A stretch of 64,000 bases of DNA. It comes from Psammoneis japonica (taxonomy: Eukaryota). Within the stretch, counting starts at the first letter, position 1, and every line of letters begins with the position of its first letter. Positions 35,998 to 47,962 of the stretch are shown one piece after another. The notes beneath the pieces are model-generated. The model saw only the letters and a program-made list of their open reading frames with translations. It did not search any database and was not told where the DNA came from. Where the stretch lies: contig QPGO01000053.1 in NCBI GenBank assembly GCA_008632985.1, forward strand, positions 1 through 64,000, given 5' to 3'. Position numbers and translations under genes: made by a program.

Positions 35998-36837
35998 TCA
36001 GAATATTGGAAGCGTGCCCGGTTTCAACACCATTATCGCGTACAGGAGCACAACAAACACGCATGACACCACATTGCTTATCCTACGAAACATGACAACC
36101 CTTGGTAATGATTCGTTATTGCCGTCAGAGTCCGATTCCACCCATTCTCTTATTTGAAGTTGCGATTCACCTTGAGTAGTTAAATCCGTACTCGCCCACC
36201 AAGCTGCAAATGCCAGCAACGTGTAAAACACCATTTTAACATGCGGTGGTGCCAAATCTAGGCTCTCATAGTAATGCACAGTTAAACCAATCCCAGAAAC
36301 CATAGACACTGTCAACCCCGGCAATACGATAGAGCTATCGAGCAAAGACACATTGTCGAACCAGAAGCGCATCACTGACGAGTCTCTTTGTGAAACCACC
36401 AACCACTCAATGGCTGTAGTTAGTAAGATACCACCGCCAAATAGTACGCTTCCAAGCATGTGAAGGAGAAACCAAATGCGCTCGGGCACATGTTGCAATT
36501 GTTCTGGCCAGGGACCGACGAGATCGTTCACTACAATAAATCCTGACATTGTAACACTCCACACTATGAGAGCAACCTGTTCGATCAGTTTCGAGTCGAA
36601 TTCTTGACTATCTGTTGAAGCTTCATTCTCTCCATCCTGGGAACTCAGAGATACCTGGAGACGCCCGCACATTTTGCTCTCAAGTGACAGAGACTCTGTG
36701 TTGGACAGAGGTATGGCACGGTGCCTAATCAGAAAACCCTCATGACACACCTTGGTCGACCCGACGTAAGGAGCCAACGCATCGCTACGAAAGAGGATCC
36801 AGATCAATATTATATAAGCAAGGAATCGATCCATCAT
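35998..36837 (-). CDS. Multi-pass membrane protein (DUF2269-like), probable plastid/secretory presequence
   Basis: Hydrophobic N-terminus, several TM segments (LLHMLGSVLFGGG), C-terminal MVLKP motif. Confidence 0.65.
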   Translation of the reverse strand: MMDRFLAYIILIWILFRSDALAPYVGSTKVCHEGFLIRHRAIPLSNTESLSLESKMCGRLQVSLSSQDGENEASTDSQEFDSKLIEQVALIVWSVTMSGFIVVNDLVGPWPEQLQHVPERIWFLLHMLGSVLFGGGILLTTAIEWLVVSQRDSSVMRFWFDNVSLLDSSIVLPGLTVSMVSGIGLTVHYYESLDLAPPHVKMVFYTLLAFAAWWASTDLTTQGESQLQIREWVESDSDGNNESLPRVVMFRRISNVVSCVFVVLLYAIMVLKPGTLPIF

Positions 36838-37177
36838 ACAAACGAGTACTGTAATCAACCTGTTGACATCAAGGAGCACTTCTTTCCATCGTTGAAGGTC
36901 TCCGCTGTGATTGGATGGATCTTTGTGTCCGCATAGATCATTTCGAAATTTCACATCGAACATTTATTCATATAAATCTTTTTATTATATATCAAAAATA
37001 CGGTATTTATATTCAGATACTTAGATAAAGAGTTCCTTTTTCCCGCGCAAAATCCTGTCCGTCCACTCAACTCTCTGCTTTCTGTTGTCCTGTGTTGACG
37101 GTTTCTGTGTGGAAAATGCATCGGCGATGACCCGGCTACCGTTGAATTGCTTCAGCAGCGAAAGAGATCAATGAAGT

Positions 37178-38554
37178 ATGGATCCTCTAAGTGAAACCCC
37201 ATTAAACTTTGAAAGCAGCAGAGGAAGACTTGTAGATTTCGACGATGGGCATGTTCCAGAAACTCACTTATCTTCAACGTGCAAATCTCGGTTCGTGAAG
37301 TACCCCCAACATGAAAATCCTCCAGAGGCGCATGTATATGACAATGTTTTGCCGCTTTACCTGGTGAATGCTCTTTATAAAACGACTGTTGAAACAGAAA
37401 AGAATCTAACCGGGTCCACCCCACTTCCCTGGGGCTCTTACGTTACTCTGGACGAAGCAAGAAATTACAAGGACAAGCAACAGTACCAACAAGCCGCTTC
37501 ATCATCTCTAGACGAGTATCGAAAAGACCTGAGCGTACAAGCAGTGCATTGCTTCTTATCGCGAGTCATGTCATCACCAGGAACTACCTGGAACAACAAA
37601 CCAACTCATCCTATGTTTTCATCCTGGGACGAACTGAAGCAAATGGATATTCACGGTGTAGCGGTTTGGTGTTTGGCGTCCGCGGTATCCTCCCAGGTTC
37701 AGTATCACTTGGACTATGCAGAGCTGATTCGTTATGAGCACAATGTCATTGTTCCCCCTATTTTTGCTGGTACGGTCCAATGTTGTCCAGCGCCTATAGC
37801 CGGCGGTGACTTTTGTGTTGCGACTGAGATTGGACACTACAATCGTCATGGTTACAAAGGAAGCAAGAGTGACGATGAATTCGGCGGCTGGACGACGCCA
37901 GACCAAACTCAGAATGTTGACTTTAACAATCAAACCTCGTGGATAACTATTCCCTATAAGTTCAACCGCGGTATTTGTCATTCCGGGCATTTGCCACACC
38001 TGAGTACCCCGGTTTCAAAACTAGAAGAGGGACAATGGAGAGTTATCATGGGATTTAATGTTTTCTGCAATGACATTGGGCCCGTTGTTATGCGTGCACC
38101 AGAGCATTCCAATGCCTTTCGACGTCGCATACAGTTGCATCGATCAATATTACAAAAGAACACTTCTGCTGATGGCTCATTCACCGGTGTCTCTTTAGAC
38201 CAAATCCGAAACAACAAGGGATTCACAAAACTACTCGTTCTTGCAAAACGGGAGCGGATCAAGCAAGGGCTGCGAAAGGCCCAGAAGCAACTGGACCAAG
38301 ACATAGAGGAGACTCTCTTGGTGGCGGGGAGCGACGGCGTTTCAGTAGAGTCGCTTTCAGAGACGTTTGGAAAAACCAACGGAACCTGGCCATCCAAAGC
38401 TGATGTTCAGGTGCACTTGCATCATAGAGTCAAGAATCAGACTGAACTTTCATCCTCCTATTTCAAGATACGTGTTGCCCAAGATCCGGCCAAGAATGAT
38501 CTTGACAAGCTTGGGCTGCTTTCTCCTGATGTAATTTTGGTTGTAGAAGAATGA
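37178..38554 (+). CDS. Hypothetical protein, probable 2OG-Fe(II) oxygenase fold
   Basis: 458-aa ORF with HxD (YHLD), distal His (LPHLS) and RVIMGFN. Confidence 0.6.
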   Translation: MDPLSETPLNFESSRGRLVDFDDGHVPETHLSSTCKSRFVKYPQHENPPEAHVYDNVLPLYLVNALYKTTVETEKNLTGSTPLPWGSYVTLDEARNYKDKQQYQQAASSSLDEYRKDLSVQAVHCFLSRVMSSPGTTWNNKPTHPMFSSWDELKQMDIHGVAVWCLASAVSSQVQYHLDYAELIRYEHNVIVPPIFAGTVQCCPAPIAGGDFCVATEIGHYNRHGYKGSKSDDEFGGWTTPDQTQNVDFNNQTSWITIPYKFNRGICHSGHLPHLSTPVSKLEEGQWRVIMGFNVFCNDIGPVVMRAPEHSNAFRRRIQLHRSILQKNTSADGSFTGVSLDQIRNNKGFTKLLVLAKRERIKQGLRKAQKQLDQDIEETLLVAGSDGVSVESLSETFGKTNGTWPSKADVQVHLHHRVKNQTELSSSYFKIRVAQDPAKNDLDKLGLLSPDVILVVEE

Positions 38555-39029
38555 TACGCTAAGCTTTGTTGATTGCAAAATGATCCTTCGTCACCGACCA
38601 AAACAATCTCGACCAGAAACAATTCCGTTAGTGCTCCAGATGTAGATGGCGTTGAGCACCATGACAATTTTCGAAAACACCGCTTCTTGCATGATACGCC
38701 AGACAAAGCAGCTGCCCTTGAATCATCGGTCGCTACCTTACGTTCATTTCGTTTCTGCCTGCTATTACATGACTTGCATCCAGGATCATGTCGGAAAACC
38801 ACAAAGATCATGTCACAAAAATCTCTAGTTGGATGAAACGGACCTGAAGAACGAGTGCTCTGTTGAGTTAGTATGAAAGCGGGGACCCTTAATGATTCAA
38901 TGCCGCATGCCGGTACGAGTGGAAGTATCTTGGTGAAATCTATGAAATCTATCCCCCAAACCAGAGAACGAGAGGTTGGCTACACTCTTCTCTATCGAAC
39001 TCGGTGGGCTTCTGTGTGCTCTTAACCCT

Positions 39030-39251
39030 CTGCTCTAGCAGCTAGCTAATAGTAGTAGGGCCCTCTAGAGCTACCGGTAGAGGTAGATGGTAGCTCTACT
39101 CTCTCTAGCTACTAGTAGCTACTACTTCTACTCTAGTAGCTACTCTCCAGTAGCAGGGGGCACAGAGTAGAGAGCTACTCTAGAGCTAGAGAGTAGCTAT
39201 CTACCGTAACAGAGAGTACCGGTAGAAGTACAGTACTTGTAGTACTTGTAG
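39030..39251. repeat. CTAG/TAG/CTA-rich low-complexity tract
   Basis: Built from CTAG, GTAG, CTAC, AGAG and ACCGGT words. Confidence 0.85.
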
Positions 39252-39259
39252 TTAAGGTT

Positions 39260-39990
39260 CCGATGGGACCTGCAACCCGGATATACTCCGTTGAAAAATG
39301 TACTGACGCTACGTGAAGGGAAACTCGTTGAAAGCTACACAAACATACCACGGTTCTCAGAAATCGTGAGAATCTCAGGATCAGTACGAATGACAATGGC
39401 GTTTGCAACGCTGTGTCGACAGTGCTCCTTCACCTTCCACCCAATATTAAGGGGTATTGGATGGACAACTCAATGACACACACAGTTCTGAAGCGTGATG
39501 GCTGACGGTTGCCCCCCCTCTGTGATGTGGTTAATGCAATGCGTGGGAAGCGTGATGCAGCCGTGCTGAACGAGTCCGATTCAACAACCACGACGCTCAT
39601 CATACTCACTGTAAGTTTGGATTTCGAGAAAATGGTTTCAAGTGTTATGAAGAACAGTATGATGGGTTTGTCACCATTCCAAAGATTGTGCCAAACTACT
39701 TTATTTGAAACAAGACGCTGTTTCTTTCTGCTCACAAAGTGTTGGAGAATGTCGGCTGCACTGCTCGTGCCCCGAATCGAAATAGAAAGACGGGAGATGC
39801 TGTGTCCAAGACAAGTGTGACAAGTACATCAAATGGGAACGACTCTAGATTCAACCATGATATGGAGGAGGGTGTCTACGAAATGGAGGAGGGTGACAGC
39901 TCTCCTGCAACTCCTCATGAGAGTGGAAGAATCGGTTCCACTACAGACAACAAAGAAAATTATGCTGCGCGTCAGACACTCATTATTTGA
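39260..39990 (+). pseudogene. Disrupted ORF, possibly a C-terminal DDE transposase fragment
   Basis: Coding-like fragments across frames with stops; converges on the 40403-41277 relic. Family assignment is weak. Confidence 0.25.
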
Positions 39991-40142
39991 CAACATGACT
40001 GGCTATAAGAATTCCAGCATTCAAAATATATTCAATCATAACCGAAAGTGCGGTCATGATTCATGATACGAGCTTGGTGGCTAGCAATAATCTATCATTC
40101 GTCTCGAAAGAAGTTTTGGCGATGGACGACATAGTTAGAATA

Positions 40143-40402
40143 ATGTTTGGTAATTAGACAGTTGAAAAGCTTGTTAATTTTAAACCTGCTACTAAACACT
40201 TCAAAGAGCCCTTGCGTCCAATGTGGTTGAAAGCACTTTAAACGAGACTGTCCCGAATCAAAATGCCAGACCGTGCACGAGTGGTACCGAGGAAGCAAGG
40301 TAGGTGACGAGTGAAGATTGGACAGAAGACGATATAGGCCTATTTGGAATGTTCGATAATTAGACAGTTGAAAAGCTTCATAATTTGTACCTGCTGCTAG
40401 AT
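40143..40402 (+). repeat. ~55-bp imperfect direct repeat (core TAATTAGACAGTTGAAAAGCTT) at ~40143 and ~40349
   Basis: Seen directly. Confidence 0.8.
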
Positions 40403-41277
40403 CTAAGTTCCCGGTATCTTTGTGTCCTTTGTAGATTGGGAATCGTTTCGGGACGGCAGAGATGATGCAGCCCGGCGTAGCCTTGCTCGATTATTCGGTC
40501 CATTCACATGAAAGACATTTATTGCATACAAGCAATAAAGCAAAAAGCACTTTTCAGCTAAAGTCATGTGGAATACTTCTTTATCTACCAATTGGTGGTC
40601 AAAAGCCAATTCTCTCATAACAAGAGAATCGATACCCCACGTCTCAAATGCGCACCCACTGCCAACCAAAAAGCTAGTACAAGTACAGATTGGATTGAAA
40701 TCCGCCTTTTCATCAGAATCGCCACCATATTGAGACTTCTCACTATCACAGCTATCATTACTTGCCTTCTCCCCTGTCTTGAGCTGTCTTCTGACCGAGA
40801 CATGTACTTCTTGTCGACCGCTTCCAATCCGATAACTTCAAATTTGGAAACCAGCAACCCGACACGTCGATCGGTAAGATTGCTAAAGCTGAAATAAATT
40901 GGACCAAAATCTAGCAGCTTCAATACAGAACCACTCTGAATGAGAGAAGAAGAAGGATTGAGAAAAGCACTGAGTTTGATTGTCACAATATCATTGTTGC
41001 CGTCCAAAGCGTGGGGTGTCACTTTTGTAAAATCTTTCTTGTTGTGTCGTCGCTCGGTTCTTTTGTCCTTGACGGGAACTTTTACAACAATGGGGGCAGG
41101 AGATAAAGATTCTCGAGCTGTCAGACATTTTGCAATGTCTTTGGTCAAAGCAAAAGTCTCTGATCCGGCGTTGGATGGCAATTGCGCCGCTTCTCTGGGG
41201 CGCAATGGTGGATGCCGTTCAGGGTGATGGGACACGGTGCACACGAACTGTCTCAGCCGTGCAAACTTGTCATTCAA
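40403..41277 (-). pseudogene. Frameshifted gene with an OB-fold-like segment and a P2X7-ballast-like C-terminal domain
   Basis: FLLYCLYAINVFHVNGPNNRARL is followed, in a shifted frame, by PGCIISAVPKRFP. Confidence 0.45.
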
Positions 41278-42030
41278 CCAGGGAATAGATTAAGTCCCAA
41301 TAGTCATAAGAGCCATATTTAAACGTTGTAGGAGCTTCTCTGACTCTCCTTGTTCTCGACGCTGCAGCTATGCCGTGTAATCGCCGGCATCATCGTCACT
41401 TTTCCAGAACCCCGTAAAATCATAGCAAACAAGTGGGTGAGTGTTGACATTCCAATGGATATGAAATAAGCACATTAGAAACGACAATATATATCAAAAA
41501 TGTCAACACTCACGGGTGTGGATTTTCCGCATTGTCGTCCGGAACCGCCATGGTCAAAACCACGATGATGTCTCGTGCTGTTCACTTTTCATTTTGATGC
41601 TTGCGAGGTCATTCTACCCTGACGTCATTCTCCAGTATGATGCCACGAGAATGGGTCGTATGTGAGCAAATGTATATAAGTACTGAGAGTTGGCCGGTTA
41701 GAAGGTCCGTTCGGAACCTTAAAGTAGTACATAAGGACGGGCCATGCATGCTGAGTTCGTGATTCGATTTGACGCGCCACGGATTCGTGACTGGATGACG
41801 TGGCAAGACTTCCTTCCGTTTTCCTATTGCCCCAGGCGGAGAATCCGAACCCCAATCTTTTTTGTGATGCGAATCCCGAGTGCTTCCATGACTGAGAGGT
41901 GGCGAATTTCTCATCCGGTGCAGATAAGCCCCGGGCTCTGCTTCTCATTATTTCATTCTACTGCATACAGTACAACAAAGCTTTTCCATCTCCACATTCT
42001 TTTCCGAACAACCAAAATCCTATTGCAAAC

Positions 42031-42956
42031 ATGGCAGGCACCTGCATTAGGTGAGATCAAATCTGGGAATGAATTTGATTGTGATGCCTCATGTTTCTGC
42101 GCAAGAGGGGCGCAGCGTGTCAGGCGTTACGCGTCGATTTGCGAAGCCGAAACCCTCAACGTTTTGTCTCCTTTTACTCTATTTTGCCTGAGCCAGTTGG
42201 ACGATATTTTCATTCTCCATTGTCACGTTCGCCCTTGCTGTAACGTCCGTAGCTCATTGCAGCTTCCTAAAGCTAGGAGATTCCAGCATCAGCTATAGCG
42301 ATTATATCGGTTTTGGGCTCTACAACTTTGAATTTGAAGGCGCATGTGAATCGTACCCCGACTTCTTCAAGGAGGAATTCGAGTGGAGCGAAAAACTACC
42401 AAGAGCTATGGGCGTCATTGCTGCCGTGTTGACGGGAATCGGCATGCTTGTGGTGGCAGCTCTGCAACTCGTGCTTAACATGGAACGAGTTAACAATATT
42501 TTGTGGAAGGCAGTGCGTATCACTTATTCCAGCGCCGTTGTGGCGCAGGTCTTAACGTTTACCTTCTTTGCCAATGAAACTTGCCAAGACACCTTCGACA
42601 CCGATTCAGAATTAATCTGCGCGGCAGGTCCAGCTGGGATTGTATCCTTTGCCAATTGCATATTCTTGCTTGCCTTGAGCATTATGACATGCTGCAGCCC
42701 GCCTCTCACCGGCGTTATAACTAGCGCTACAGGGACTCCCGCATACGAAGACAAGTTCACGGAAGATCGGTATCCCCAAGAAATGGAGGAGGCTCGCAGC
42801 GACAATTTTCATGCTCCCCAACCTCGCAGTGGCGGTGATGCAGCGGTTGAAACGGAAGTGATTATCTCACCCGATGGTACACGCAAAACTACCAAGAAAG
42901 TCATGAATCCCGATGGCTCTGTCACCGTTACCACGACTATCGAAAACAATCTTTGA
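42031..42956 (+). CDS. Small tetraspan (claudin-like) membrane protein, 5' intron from 42051
   Basis: FGLYNF...C loop, several TM helices, T-rich tail. The 5' exon structure is approximate. Confidence 0.6.
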
Positions 42957-43521
42957 TAAGAAAGCTTCGTCGCTGGAATACACCAGGTATGTTCCCACAT
43001 GGCTCAACGCTCTCAAACGCTAGAGTTGTCAAGTGTTCTCACTCTCTAATTCTGGTTTCAATGATGTACAATAGTTGGCAAGCTTCACGGGAATCAAATT
43101 GTGCAATGATGCGAGTTTATTCCGGTTTGGTTTTTCCTCCCGACCTACATAGTTTGCATGCAATTTTTCAACTCTTAGTTATCAGTACAAATACAAAATT
43201 TAGGAACACGTTTATGATGAAGAGTCAACTTGACGTCTCATACTCTTTTCCTGCGATGCTGCATGACGATGCTCTACAGAGAATTCGTTCCTGGCAAGCA
43301 ACATGGCATTCAACACCATAATACTGCAGCCGCGAAAAGAAACACGATCATAGCATCTTTTTGCGAGGATCAAAAAGTTCCTTCGCGATGTCCTATTGAC
43401 CACGCACCGCATTTGGATACCTCCCACCATTGCATGCGGGCTTTCCGACAGGATGCTATCCCTACGATATTCGCTACAACGAAAGTGACAATCTACGATA
43501 GCAGCGAAAAGAAAAAATCAT

Positions 43522-45085
43522 CTATAATCTAAACGCGTTCGCTGAGAACTCAGCGAAAGGGTCTTCTTTCACCGGCTCGGGCTCCTTCTGCGGCGCCTGA
43601 CCCGGCATGCCTTGTTGCATTTGCCCTCCCATGGCAGCTTGTCCGCCCATGGGCTGCTGAGGAAAACCGAATGCATCCTGCGTCATCATGTTACCGCCAT
43701 TCATCGCATTGCCGTTTTGCTGCTGTTGTACGTTCTGCATTCCCGTGTTGTTTTGCATCATCATGTTCGGATTGACAAATCCACCGCCTTGTTGCATCAT
43801 CATCATATTCTGTTGCTGCATCATGGTCGGGTTCATGTTCATGTTGGGGTTCATTCCTCCTCCCTGCGGCTGCTGAGGCATCATTCCTCCGCCTCCCATC
43901 ATCATTCCATTGTTCTGCATCATCATAATGTTGGGTTGCGCTTGCTGCATCATGGCGGGATTCATACCTTGCTGCTGAGGCGGCATCATTGCCGCTGGCC
44001 CCCCCATCATAGCATTGTTTGGCATCATCATTCCGTTCATTCCCATTCCAAACGGATTCTGCGGCTGAGCCGGTGTATTGAACATTGCCAGGATTTGTTC
44101 ATTAGACTGCCCCCGATTCTGCACTTGCTTGTCTGCGGCGGGTGCTTGTGCTGCAGGCTCAGTGCTCTGCGTTTGACTATCCCCAGACATGGTCATGTTG
44201 GCAAAAAGATCGACAGGGGCAGACGCGGGAGCGGGGGCAACGGTAGTTGCAGGCGTGACGGTGGTTGCAGGAGCAGGAGCCGCATCAGGAGCCTGGGAAA
44301 AATCGGCGCTAAAGTCAAGCAAATCGACCTGTGGAGCAGGTTCTGGAGCAGGCTGTTTGGGTGCCTTCGGTTTGGGCTTTGTTGGAATCTGGTTGACTCT
44401 GGGCAAATCGCTGGGCATAGATGCGGAGCGACGCGCTTGGCGGCTTTCCACTCGCCTCCTCGCTACTTCTGAAGGAGGCGCGCGAACAATTTTCTTCGAA
44501 GTCCTCCTAGGAGCCCTCTGCTCTTCTTCCGAGCTGCTCTCTTCTTCGGAGCTTTCATACTCCTCGATCGCAGAGGCGTCATAGAACTTCCGCCTCTCGT
44601 ACTTGTCGCGAATGAAACGCTCCCTAGTTTGCCCATCGGCGCCAGCTGAAGGTTTTCTAGCACCCGAAGAAGCAAGTCGAGCTTCAAAGATGGCATTCAC
44701 CTTTCTGTTTCCGCCGTTTTCCATCGCAAGCACCTCACGTTCCTTCCCTGGATAATTTCAAAAGGTATGTTGGTGCGAAAAAGTGAGCTCGACGCGTTCA
44801 AGCTAACCCACCAATATCATAACTCTAGAGAGACGTATCTCACTTACAAGAATCTAGGTTGACACTGCGAACAAAACTAATGTGCACACCAAGACGTCTG
44901 TGTGACCCCGAGCACTCTAGACAGCAGAAGGCTCCAATTGGTAGTGTACCAGGAGGGCTTCCCGGTGGGGGAACAATGAGAGAAGCCCATCGTGGCTGCC
45001 GCTCAGGACAATCAGAACACACCTGGTTCTCAGGCTTGTTCATAAGGACCTTCAGTCGCTTCTTGAGTGCCGTCTGGGACGCCAT
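43522..45085 (-). CDS. ArfGAP domain protein (SMAP/AGD5-like), one intron (~44750-44844)
   Basis: CSDC...[34 protein letters not shown]-rich tail, DPF motif. Confidence 0.92.
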
Positions 45086-45654
45086 TTTCTGAAACACTCT
45101 TTTACACGAAACAGTGTCGGTCTCCAATGCAAAAATTTCGACAAAAGACGTTATCGACCGTTAAACTTGAAAATGACCCGAAAAAAGGCAATGATGAAGC
45201 AAACCGTTGCTTTCACCTGGCTTTCGAGGAAAATCGTTTGCAACCTCAGCGTCGGTGGTCTATCCGACTGAAACAGCACCGATGCGACCCCTCTTCTCTA
45301 CGGCCTCGCGTCGCAATCTCGCTGCAAGAGCAGAGAGTCTACTTGTAACAACACGATCGTGGTGTGTTGTCGTGTGTTGCGTGTGTGCGTTTTGGATGGA
45401 GCTCTCGCACGTAAAAACTCCGTAAGAAATGTAAATACAGTCTGTACGTCGAAAGGTACCTCAACGTGTGTCGATAGAATGGAGCTCGCATAGCTCGAGC
45501 GAGATTACCCGAATACCGAATAACCAAAATGAGGTTCTGGTTCAAAGGTGGGAAACAAGCTTTACAACAATCTCTCTCTAGTTTTTACATGTATTCCTCA
45601 CACATTTGTTTGCTCCAGTTAGACCTCCAATCCAGAAGAAACCACAAAACCTTT

Positions 45655-46245
45655 TCAGGCGTCCCCAGCCGCCTCAGTGGCTTCATCTTCTTCCGGTTCC
45701 TCCTTTCCAATAAGTTTTGCTACAACAGGAGTCAAGAGAACCGTAGGAGGAAACCGAATGGGACTAGCTGCCTTGTGAGCAGCATACGCAATGGCAAAAG
45801 TTCCAGCCTTTTCCGAGGTGTCACCTTCAATCCCAACCTTTGCAAGAAGAGCACCCACATCAACACCCGCGCTAACCAAAAAGTAGCAAATCGTAAAGGA
45901 AACAATCGCCAACGGGATCGAAGTCGCCAGGTAAGCAATGCCATACTTTTTTAATAGCGACTTGGCCGTTTCACCGCCATCATCTTTCTTGAGTGATTCA
46001 AACAAACCTGCTTCGAGGCCGTACTTTTCCGTAGTCGACTCCACACTGGTATCCTCCACCTTTGGTTTATCCAGAGTAGCCGTGTCGGCTTGATCATCAT
46101 TTCCAAAGAAATAAAGGGAAGTCTTTCGAGAGTAAGCCGCCGATCTCGAGGTGTACGTTGGACGAGAAACGGATGGAACGACCGGTTGCCACGACAGAAC
46201 AGAGGCAGCCGCCAGAGAAAGAATAATGAATCGAAGAGCCGCCAT
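45655..46245 (-). CDS. DUF1279/FAM210-like protein, probably plastid-targeted
   Basis: Signal plus transit-like N-terminus; LKKYGIAYL and FAIAYAAHKAASPIRFP. Confidence 0.8.
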   Translation of the reverse strand: MAALRFIILSLAAASVLSWQPVVPSVSRPTYTSRSAAYSRKTSLYFFGNDDQADTATLDKPKVEDTSVESTTEKYGLEAGLFESLKKDDGGETAKSLLKKYGIAYLATSIPLAIVSFTICYFLVSAGVDVGALLAKVGIEGDTSEKAGTFAIAYAAHKAASPIRFPPTVLLTPVVAKLIGKEEPEEDEATEAAGDA

Positions 46246-46442
46246 CTTTTCCACAAACGCTTCAAAGAAATATAAAACCTAGAGAACGGATCCGATTCAA
46301 CGAATCTCGACAAGCCTTGATTGCAACGAACACAAGCTGTTGAGCTGTCCGTGCTGTCAACTTCTTTCTCGATTGTGTAGGGATGTCAGATGCGATGTTG
46401 AATGTAATGGCATGTTGATGTTCGATGCCATTGACGTCAGTT

Positions 46443-46995
46443 GACGTGGAAGTTTTTGGGTTATGGGGTGAAACAGATTCTTGCGGGCTGCTACTCTCTA
46501 CCGGTGCCGGTGCTACTCTGCTCTCTACCAGGCTCTAGCAGCTAGAGTGGTGGCTGCTCTCTAGAGCTAGCTAGAGAGAGTAGAAATCCGGATAAATGTG
46601 GTGAAGTGTCAAAAATCTTCTGCATCCGCATCGCGCTTCGATGACCACATGATGTGTGATGTGTGTGACATCTTCACACAACATGTCACATCACTTCTTG
46701 CTTGTCAGCTTCTGGCTGTGCACTGTTGTTCCATGTTCATTTTTTGTGTGTTTCATTTTCCTTCACATGCCTGGTGTCTCCAGAGAAGCCTGCTTGACTC
46801 AAATCCTTCAGACTCACACAGAAGATGCTCTGTCTGCACTGCAGCAGTGTGCTCAGCAGCAGTTGTTGGGGCAAACGGAGGCCTCTGCTGACAATGAATG
46901 CCGCGGTGTGTGGCGGTCTTGTGGGGGGGATCTCAATCACTGTCTTTCAATGACAGTGAGCCATCAAGGGCCAAGAAATGTAGAAAATTCATGGA
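46443..46995 (+). pseudogene. Mutated duplicate of the promoter and 5' coding end of the gene at 52857
   Basis: Colinear with 52568-~52992 (GGGTTATGGGGTGA, CCTGGTGTCTCCAGAG, TCAAATCCTTCAGACT, ATCTCAATCACTGTCTTTC). The start ATG is lost. Confidence 0.88.
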
Positions 46996-47444
46996 TGAGG
47001 AGCCACCAGCTCTCAACGACACACTTGGCAGCCTGGCTGATTGACAGAAAGCAAGTGGCGCACTCCAGCCCCAGGTGGGGCTCCATGCGACATGGGCTTG
47101 CAGAACTCTGCGTGCAAGCTCTGCAGCTCAAGAGCTTGGTCAATGGACACATTTTTGTCTTCAACATCCAAACAAACAACCAAGCTTGTGGCGTGGTTGT
47201 GCCTCCCCTCAGCCCGCCTGCTCTGCTCCGCTCTTGACAGACAATTTTAAGAGCGGCACTGTGAAAACAAATGTCAAAAGTTGTTGAATGGACAGCCCAA
47301 CAATCGCACTGCAAAATGGCACAAAAATGCAACCAAAGTCATGCAGAAATGCATGTGCATGACATGCGGAGCATGACAAGACAACTTCAATGTGTCGCAG
47401 TCCAGCACTGCGAGGTCCCACCCAGAGCTGGAGCATGGCTGCAG

Positions 47445-47925
47445 TGACAAACTTGCCAAATGGCTTGGACATGTGTCAGAAAGATCTCCTTCACATGATC
47501 TTCACCACAAATGGCATGCATCCAGTCATGATGCGCAGGCTTGAGAATGTCCAAGTGGTCAGGCTCTTTGTTGCACACATGTGTGCAAGGCACCATGTTG
47601 CATCTTGGACAAGTGTCTGCAGACATGTTTGGCACAATCAAAGATTGCAGCTTGGCTTGGCTGACCATGTGGAACAGCTTCTTCTGTCACCTTGCAGCTG
47701 CGCAAAAATGTTTCCAGCCTTTGGCATTGAGAAAGCCATTCTTGTGTGCACAGATGATGGCACAGGTGACAGGGTTGCCCTTGGCAACAACTGTTGGAGG
47801 CTTGGCAGCAAGGATCTGCCTGCTCTCACACTCAAACAAGACATTGCAGCTTGAGCCTTTCCACACAGGCTCTCATGAGATTCCAGCCCTTTGTGTGACA
47901 ACATGCAGCAGAACTTTCACTGAAC
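47445..47925 (-). mobile_element. Decayed, internally deleted copia fragment of the same family as 1-5191
   Basis: Minus strand reads WKGSSCNVLFE...NPVTCAIICAHKNGFLNAKGWKHF...QKKLFHMVSQAKLQSL, then DCAKHVCRHLSKMQHGAL, KEPDH, DWMHAICGE, FGKFVT. Confidence 0.88.
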
Positions 47926-47962
47926 CCCACCATGATGACTCATCAAATTTGTGGATTGGGGG

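Noticed and set aside
43612..44472. His-rich 286-aa plus-strand ORF
   Set aside because: Antisense shadow of the ATG-rich ArfGAP tail.
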